Shown here piece after piece: positions 59,544 through 64,000 of a DNA stretch of 64,000 nt (within the stretch, counting starts at the first letter, position 1; each line of letters opens with the position of its first letter). The stretch is from positions 66,885 through 130,884 of the forward strand of contig URPE01000002.1 in the NCBI GenBank assembly GCA_900549625.1, given 5' to 3'. The position numbers were made by a program, and so were the translations under genes. This DNA is from an uncultured Mycoplasmatota bacterium (GTDB taxonomy: Bacteria; Bacillota_I; Bacilli_A; RF39; UBA660). The notes below the pieces were generated by a model. The model saw nothing but the letters and a program-made list of their open reading frames with translations. It made no database searches and had not been told where the DNA came from.

Positions 59544-59726
59544 ATTACGAATTTAATATAATTTATTAAAAAAATTTAAAATTAACTTTAATTTAAAAGG
59601 GTTAACATAGAATATTAATAATAGAATCTTTGTATTTTGCATTGAAATTAGCAAATTAACATAACCATATAATTAATTTTAAGTTTATTTTTTGCTTTTT
59701 TATGCGATTTTAATTAATTTTGCATA

Positions 59727-59753
59727 TGTTTCACGTGAAACATCTTATCAACA
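59727..59753. promoter_or_regulatory. parS site (59727..59742) abutting DnaA box TTATCAACA (59745..59753)
   Basis: sequence match. Confidence 0.75.
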
Positions 59754-59855
59754 TTATAATAAAAACTAATGTTTTAAAATTATTACAAACAGTTTATTAA
59801 AATCAACAGTAGCAATATTAATGGGATATCAGCAATAAGTATTTATGGTAAAATT

Positions 59856-59872
59856 TTCGACACCATTCGACA
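59856..59872. promoter_or_regulatory. two tandem Spo0A-box matches (TTCGACA = TGTCGAA on minus strand) 10 bp apart
   Basis: TTCGACAccaTTCGACA; perfect 7-mer 0A boxes at 59856..59862 and 59866..59872. Confidence 0.45.
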
Positions 59873-59889
59873 AAGAAATATTTAATATA

Positions 59890-59917
59890 TGTTTCACGTG
59901 AAACATTGTTATTCACA
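59890..59917. promoter_or_regulatory. parS site (59890..59905) abutting DnaA box TTATTCACA (59909..59917)
   Basis: sequence match. Confidence 0.75.
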
Positions 59918-59921
59918 AATT

Positions 59922-59935
59922 ATTTCCCGGGAAAT
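59922..59935. promoter_or_regulatory. Noc-binding-site palindrome ATTTCCCGGGAAAT
   Basis: exact NBS consensus. Confidence 0.65.
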
Positions 59936-59942
59936 AATTACA

Positions 59943-59968
59943 TAAAAAAAACAGAGATTTTAATTCTC
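59943..59968 (-). terminator. weak hairpin plus T8 run downstream of gyrA
   Basis: GAGA..TCTC stem overlapping gyrA stop followed by TTTTTTTT on the minus strand. Confidence 0.3.
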
Positions 59969-62410
59969 CGCTTTTTCTTCAGAAGTAATATTTGATTCTT
60001 CTTTTAATTCATGTTCCACAATACTAATAGTAGATACTGATTGATTGTCTTTTAAATTAATTAACCTAACTCCCTGTGTAACTCTACCTAAAGTAGATAC
60101 TTGATCTAATGGCATTCTAATTAACATACCAGTATTAGTTATAATAACAACATCAGAATTATCCTCTACTAATTTAAAGGCCGCTATAGAACCATTTTTT
60201 TCAGTTATATTAAGAGCTTTTACTCCTTTACTTCCCCTACTAGTTTGTCTATAATCACGAACATATGTTTGTTTGCCATAACCTTTCTCTGTAACTATTA
60301 ATATCTTGTTATCATCTGTTGCAATCTCAGCCCCAATACATTCAGAATCCTCTAAGTTAATGCCTCTTACACCACTGGCTGTACGTCCCATGACTCTAAC
60401 ACTTTCCTCATTAAATTTTACCATTCTACCAGCACTAGAGCCAAGTAAAATCATATCATTACCACCAGTTTTACGAACACTTATTAATTCATCAGAATCC
60501 CTTAAAGAAATACAAATTTTTCCGTTCGTTCTAATATTTTCAAATTCCTCTAAAGACGTCTTTTTAACAATTCCTTTCTTGGTAACAAATAATAAATATT
60601 TTGAATTATCTTCTCTTGTTACACTTATCATTGAATTAATTGATTCATCTTTATCAATTTGTAATAAGTTGATAACCGGTATACCCTTAGATTGACGACT
60701 ATATTCAGGAATTTCATAACCTTTTAAGCGATATACCTTACCTTTATTGGTAAAGAACAATACATAATCATGTGTTGATAAGCTAAGTAAATGTTCTACG
60801 AAATCCTCTTCATTAGTTCCCATTCCTTTAACTCCAACACCACCTCTATTTTGTGATTTAAATGTATCTATTGTCGTACGTTTAATATAGCCTTTATTAG
60901 TTAAAGCAATCATAATATTTTCTTCTGGAATTAATGATTCATCTTCAATATATTCAACCGCAGTCATATCAATATGTGTTCTACGTTCATCTGCATATTT
61001 AGCCTTAATTTCTAGAAGTTCATCACGAATAATGCCTAACACCTTCTCATCACTAGCTAAAATAGCCCGTAACTCTTCAATTCGTTTCAATAAGTCATTT
61101 AACTCATTCTCAATCTTTTCCTTCTCTAAGCCCGTTAAACGACGTAATTTCATCTCTAAAATTGCATCACATTGAATCTCAGATAAACCAAACCTACTCA
61201 TTAACGTTTCTTTAGCTAAAATATCTGTTTTACTTTCTTTAATTATCTTTATAACTTCATCAATATTATCTAAAGCAATTTTTAAGCCTTCTAATATATG
61301 TACTCTATCCTCTGCTTTTTTCAAATCAAACTTAGTACGGCGAATAATTACTTCTTTTTGAAAATCTATATACTTACTAATAATATCTTTAAGTCCCAAA
61401 GTTTTTGGTACACCTTGATCAATCATCAATAAAATTATACCATATGTTGTTTGAAAAGCCGTATGTTTATATAAATTATTTAACACAACCTGAGGATTTG
61501 CATCACGCTTCAAAGTAATTGTAATTTTAATACCATCTTTTAAATCTGAATGATAATCACTTATTCCATCAATTACTTTATTATGAACTAATTCAGCCAC
61601 TTTATTTTTTAATTCTAAAGTATTAACACCATAAGGAACCTCATCAATAACAATTTGATAACGACCATTTTTTTCCTCAATATTGGCTTTACTTCTTATT
61701 GTTATAGTTCCTCTACCAGTTTCATAAGCTTTTTTAATACCACTATTACCAAGAATAATTGCCCCAGTTGGAAAATCTGGACCCTTAATATATTCCATTA
61801 ATCCTAAAGTATCAATATCGGGATTATTAATATAAGCAACACATCCATCAATTACTTCGCCTAAATTATGAGGAGGAATATTTGTAGCCATACCAACTGC
61901 TATACCCATTGTACCATTTACTAAAATATTAGGAAATCTACTAGGAAGAACAACCGGCTCTTCTTCTAACTCATCAAAATTAGGTGTCATATCTACCGTA
62001 TTTTTATTAATATCTCTTAATAATTCACTAGATATTTTTGCAAGTCTTGATTCAGTGTAACGCATCGCCGCGGCACCATCACCATCCATATTACCAAAGT
62101 TACCATGTCCATCAACAAGTGGATAACGATAACTAAAATCTTGTGCCATACGTACTAAAGCTTCGTATATTGATGAATCGCCATGTGGGTGAAATTTACC
62201 CATAACATCACCAACGATACGCGCTGATTTTTTATGTTGTTTATCATTAGTATAACCAGATTGATACATTGAATATAAAATACGACGATGAACTGGTTTT
62301 AAACCATCTCTTAAATCTGGTAAAGCACGTGAGGTAATAACACTTAAAGAATAGTTTACAAACGACGTACTAACTTCAGAAACAATATTATTTTTTTCTA
62401 ATCTATCCAT
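59960..62410 (-). CDS. gyrA: DNA gyrase subunit A
   Basis: active-site region and AAMRYTE motif (catalytic Tyr), QRDR-like [14 protein letters not shown], 816 aa. Confidence 0.95.
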   Translation of the reverse strand: MDRLEKNNIVSEVSTSFVNYSLSVITSRALPDLRDGLKPVHRRILYSMYQSGYTNDKQHKKSARIVGDVMGKFHPHGDSSIYEALVRMAQDFSYRYPLVDGHGNFGNMDGDGAAAMRYTESRLAKISSELLRDINKNTVDMTPNFDELEEEPVVLPSRFPNILVNGTMGIAVGMATNIPPHNLGEVIDGCVAYINNPDIDTLGLMEYIKGPDFPTGAIILGNSGIKKAYETGRGTITIRSKANIEEKNGRYQIVIDEVPYGVNTLELKNKVAELVHNKVIDGISDYHSDLKDGIKITITLKRDANPQVVLNNLYKHTAFQTTYGIILLMIDQGVPKTLGLKDIISKYIDFQKEVIIRRTKFDLKKAEDRVHILEGLKIALDNIDEVIKIIKESKTDILAKETLMSRFGLSEIQCDAILEMKLRRLTGLEKEKIENELNDLLKRIEELRAILASDEKVLGIIRDELLEIKAKYADERRTHIDMTAVEYIEDESLIPEENIMIALTNKGYIKRTTIDTFKSQNRGGVGVKGMGTNEEDFVEHLLSLSTHDYVLFFTNKGKVYRLKGYEIPEYSRQSKGIPVINLLQIDKDESINSMISVTREDNSKYLLFVTKKGIVKKTSLEEFENIRTNGKICISLRDSDELISVRKTGGNDMILLGSSAGRMVKFNEESVRVMGRTASGVRGINLEDSECIGAEIATDDNKILIVTEKGYGKQTYVRDYRQTSRGSKGVKALNITEKNGSIAAFKLVEDNSDVVIITNTGMLIRMPLDQVSTLGRVTQGVRLINLKDNQSVSTISIVEHELKEESNITSEEKAEN

Positions 62411-62419
62411 AATTACCTC

Positions 62420-64000
62420 CTATATATCCAAATCTGCATATTTAGCATTCTCTTCAATAAACTTACGACGTGGTTCTACCTCTTCGCCCATTAAAGTACT
62501 AAATATTTCATCTGCCGCAATAGTATCTTCAACTGTAATTTGTCTAAGTACCCTTTTTTCTATATCCATAGTAGTCTCATATAACTCTTCAGCATCCATT
62601 TCTCCTAAACCTTTCATTCGACCTATTTCATATCTAGTATTTGGCGACAAACTAGCTATATATTCATTTTTTTCTTCTTCAGTCAAAACATATTTAATAG
62701 TCTTACCATGTTTAATACTAAATAAAGGAGGTTGAGCTGCATAAACATGTCCAGCTTCTACAATTGGTTTAAAGAAACGATAAAATAAAGTTAATAATAA
62801 AACTCTAATATGATCGCCATCAACATCGGCATCAGTCATGATAATAATTTTATTATAACGTAATTTTTCTAAATTAAATTCATCACCAATACCAGTACCA
62901 AAAGCCGTAATAATTGTTCTAATTTCTTCATTAGATAATGCTCTATCAAGACGTGCTTTTTCAACATTAAGAATCTTACCTCTTAATGGTAGTATTGCTT
63001 GAGTCATACTATTTCTACCTTTTTTAGCAGACCCACCTGCACTATCACCCTCGACTAAGAATATTTCACATTCAGAAGGGTCCTTGCTTTTGCAATCTGA
63101 TAACTTTCCATAGAAATTAGTAACATCCAAATCCCCTTTTCTTCTAGTAAGCTCTCTTGCTTTTTTTGCGGCAAGTCTTGCTCTAGAAGCGGTCATACAT
63201 TTTTCTACAATTGCCCTTGCAGCATCAGGATTTTCCATCAAGAATCGTTCAAGCCCATTACCAAAAACGTCACTTGCTATTTTTCTTACCTCACTATTAC
63301 CAAGTTTTGTTTTGGTTTGACCTTCAAACTGAGGATTAGGGTGTTTACAAGAAACAATCATAACAAGCCCTTCTCTAGTATCTTCTCCTGTTATACTATC
63401 ATCATTATCTTTTAAAATTTTAGCTTGTTTAGCATAATTATTAATTACTCTCGTTAAAGCTTGTTTAACACCATCTTCATGTGTTCCACCTTCAGTAGTG
63501 TGAATATTATTAGTAAATGAATATATTTGTGAGTTATAAGAATCATTGTATTGCATTGCAACTTCAATTAAAATATCATCTTCTCTTCCCTCAACATAAA
63601 CAACATCATCAAATATTGGTTGTTTATTTTTATTTAACATATTTACATATTCAATAATCCCACCATTATAATGGAAAATCTCTTTTCTTTCATCTTCTCT
63701 ATGGTCAATTAAAGTAATTCTTATTCCTTTATTTAAAAAAGCCATTTCTTGTAATCTTTTATGCAAAATATCCCAATTATAAATAGTTGTTTCAAAACAA
63801 GAAGGGTCTGCATGGAAAGTAACGGTTGTACCAGTTCTTTCTTGGCTACATTTATCAATAATTTTTAAAGGTTCTACTGGATGCCCACCATTTTCAAAAC
63901 GCATAAAATAAACATTTCCATCACGATAAACTCTAACCTCAAGCCAATCAGATAAAGCGTTTACAACACTAGCACCAACACCATGTAAACCACCACTTAC
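62420..64000 (-). CDS. gyrB: DNA gyrase subunit B (N-terminus lies beyond window end)
   Basis: Toprim [26 protein letters not shown]-terminal region; reading frame stays open to 64000 (..[15 protein letters not shown]). Confidence 0.95.
   Translation of the reverse strand, partial: VSGGLHGVGASVVNALSDWLEVRVYRDGNVYFMRFENGGHPVEPLKIIDKCSQERTGTTVTFHADPSCFETTIYNWDILHKRLQEMAFLNKGIRITLIDHREDERKEIFHYNGGIIEYVNMLNKNKQPIFDDVVYVEGREDDILIEVAMQYNDSYNSQIYSFTNNIHTTEGGTHEDGVKQALTRVINNYAKQAKILKDNDDSITGEDTREGLVMIVSCKHPNPQFEGQTKTKLGNSEVRKIASDVFGNGLERFLMENPDAARAIVEKCMTASRARLAAKKARELTRRKGDLDVTNFYGKLSDCKSKDPSECEIFLVEGDSAGGSAKKGRNSMTQAILPLRGKILNVEKARLDRALSNEEIRTIITAFGTGIGDEFNLEKLRYNKIIIMTDADVDGDHIRVLLLTLFYRFFKPIVEAGHVYAAQPPLFSIKHGKTIKYVLTEEEKNEYIASLSPNTRYEIGRMKGLGEMDAEELYETTMDIEKRVLRQITVEDTIAADEIFSTLMGEEVEPRRKFIEENAKYADLDI

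Larger units (their letters stand above)
58818..59940. repeat. array of seven parS/DnaA-box composite units with embedded about 115-bp imperfect direct repeats, bounded by near-identical about 50-bp parS-DnaA box-NBS composites
   Basis: seen directly; unit spacings 176,183,193,142,208,164 bp. Confidence 0.85.

Noticed and set aside
59095-59660. ttgcatcgaaattag repeats as Spo0A boxes
   Set aside because: CATCGAA differs from the TGTCGAA 0A box at two positions. Only the tandem TTCGACA pair at 59856..59872 is a perfect match.
47720-59935. TATTTCCCGGGAAATA copies as restriction-site linkers, cloning artefacts or a miniature mobile element
   Set aside because: Three copies are embedded in frame in conserved housekeeping genes (metG, methyltransferase, ybaB) without disrupting them. 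No target-site duplications or shared flanks were seen. The motif equals the known Noc-binding consensus.
58818-59940. Possible CRISPR array (regularly recurring about 30-bp palindromic unit)
   Set aside because: Repeat spacing is irregular (142-208 bp). The inter-repeat segments share sequence with one another. The repeat itself is a parS palindrome plus a DnaA box, and no cas genes are present.
60306-60695. 129-aa plus-strand ORF inside gyrA
   Set aside because: Antisense to gyrA.
1-64000. rRNA, tRNA, transposase/IS or integrase genes
   Set aside because: No cloverleaf-like GC-rich segments, rRNA-like conserved blocks or transposase/integrase motifs were found. The only structured RNA candidates are the SRP RNA and the T-box leader.

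Overview
The window is a very AT-rich, origin-proximal chromosome segment of an endospore-forming Firmicute. Almost every gene lies on the minus strand, running leftward from gyrB-gyrA at the right edge, so the origin lies just right of the window. The conserved Bacillus-type backbone is present: gyrB, gyrA, tadA, dnaX, ybaB, recR, bofA, holB, ricT/yaaT, a yabB-like methyltransferase, pth, mfd, spoVT, a NUDIX hydrolase, metG, tatD, ksgA, yabG, veg, spoVG, yabP, yabQ, divIC, truA, rplM, rpsI and cwlD. It is interrupted by two accessory blocks.

The larger block (about 24.1-46.4 kb, between metG and tatD) carries a type VIIb secretion locus: WXG100 proteins, EssC and a YukD-like protein. It also carries two LXG-type polymorphic toxin genes whose first 664 codons lie within a 2108-bp perfect direct repeat. 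One has a C-terminal C3/VIP2-like ADP-ribosyltransferase with an ADP-ribosylglycohydrolase (Tri1/DraG-like) candidate immunity gene downstream. The other is a 2278-aa giant of unknown C-terminal function. The block also holds a DUF4176-like gene, a Ser/Thr-kinase-like gene and a HerA-family ATPase whose stop codon lies 2 nt from the tatD start codon.

The most unusual non-coding structure is a 1.1-kb region between gyrA and tadA. It contains seven 16-bp parS (Spo0J/ParB) palindromes (six perfect, one with a single mismatch), each directly abutting a DnaA box. It is bracketed by Noc-binding-site palindromes and contains tandem Spo0A boxes and an SRP RNA gene. Five further copies of the Noc site lie in the neighbouring 12 kb. 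A T-box leader (Met specifier) precedes the NUDIX-metG operon. No rRNA, tRNA, CRISPR or transposase genes were recognised.
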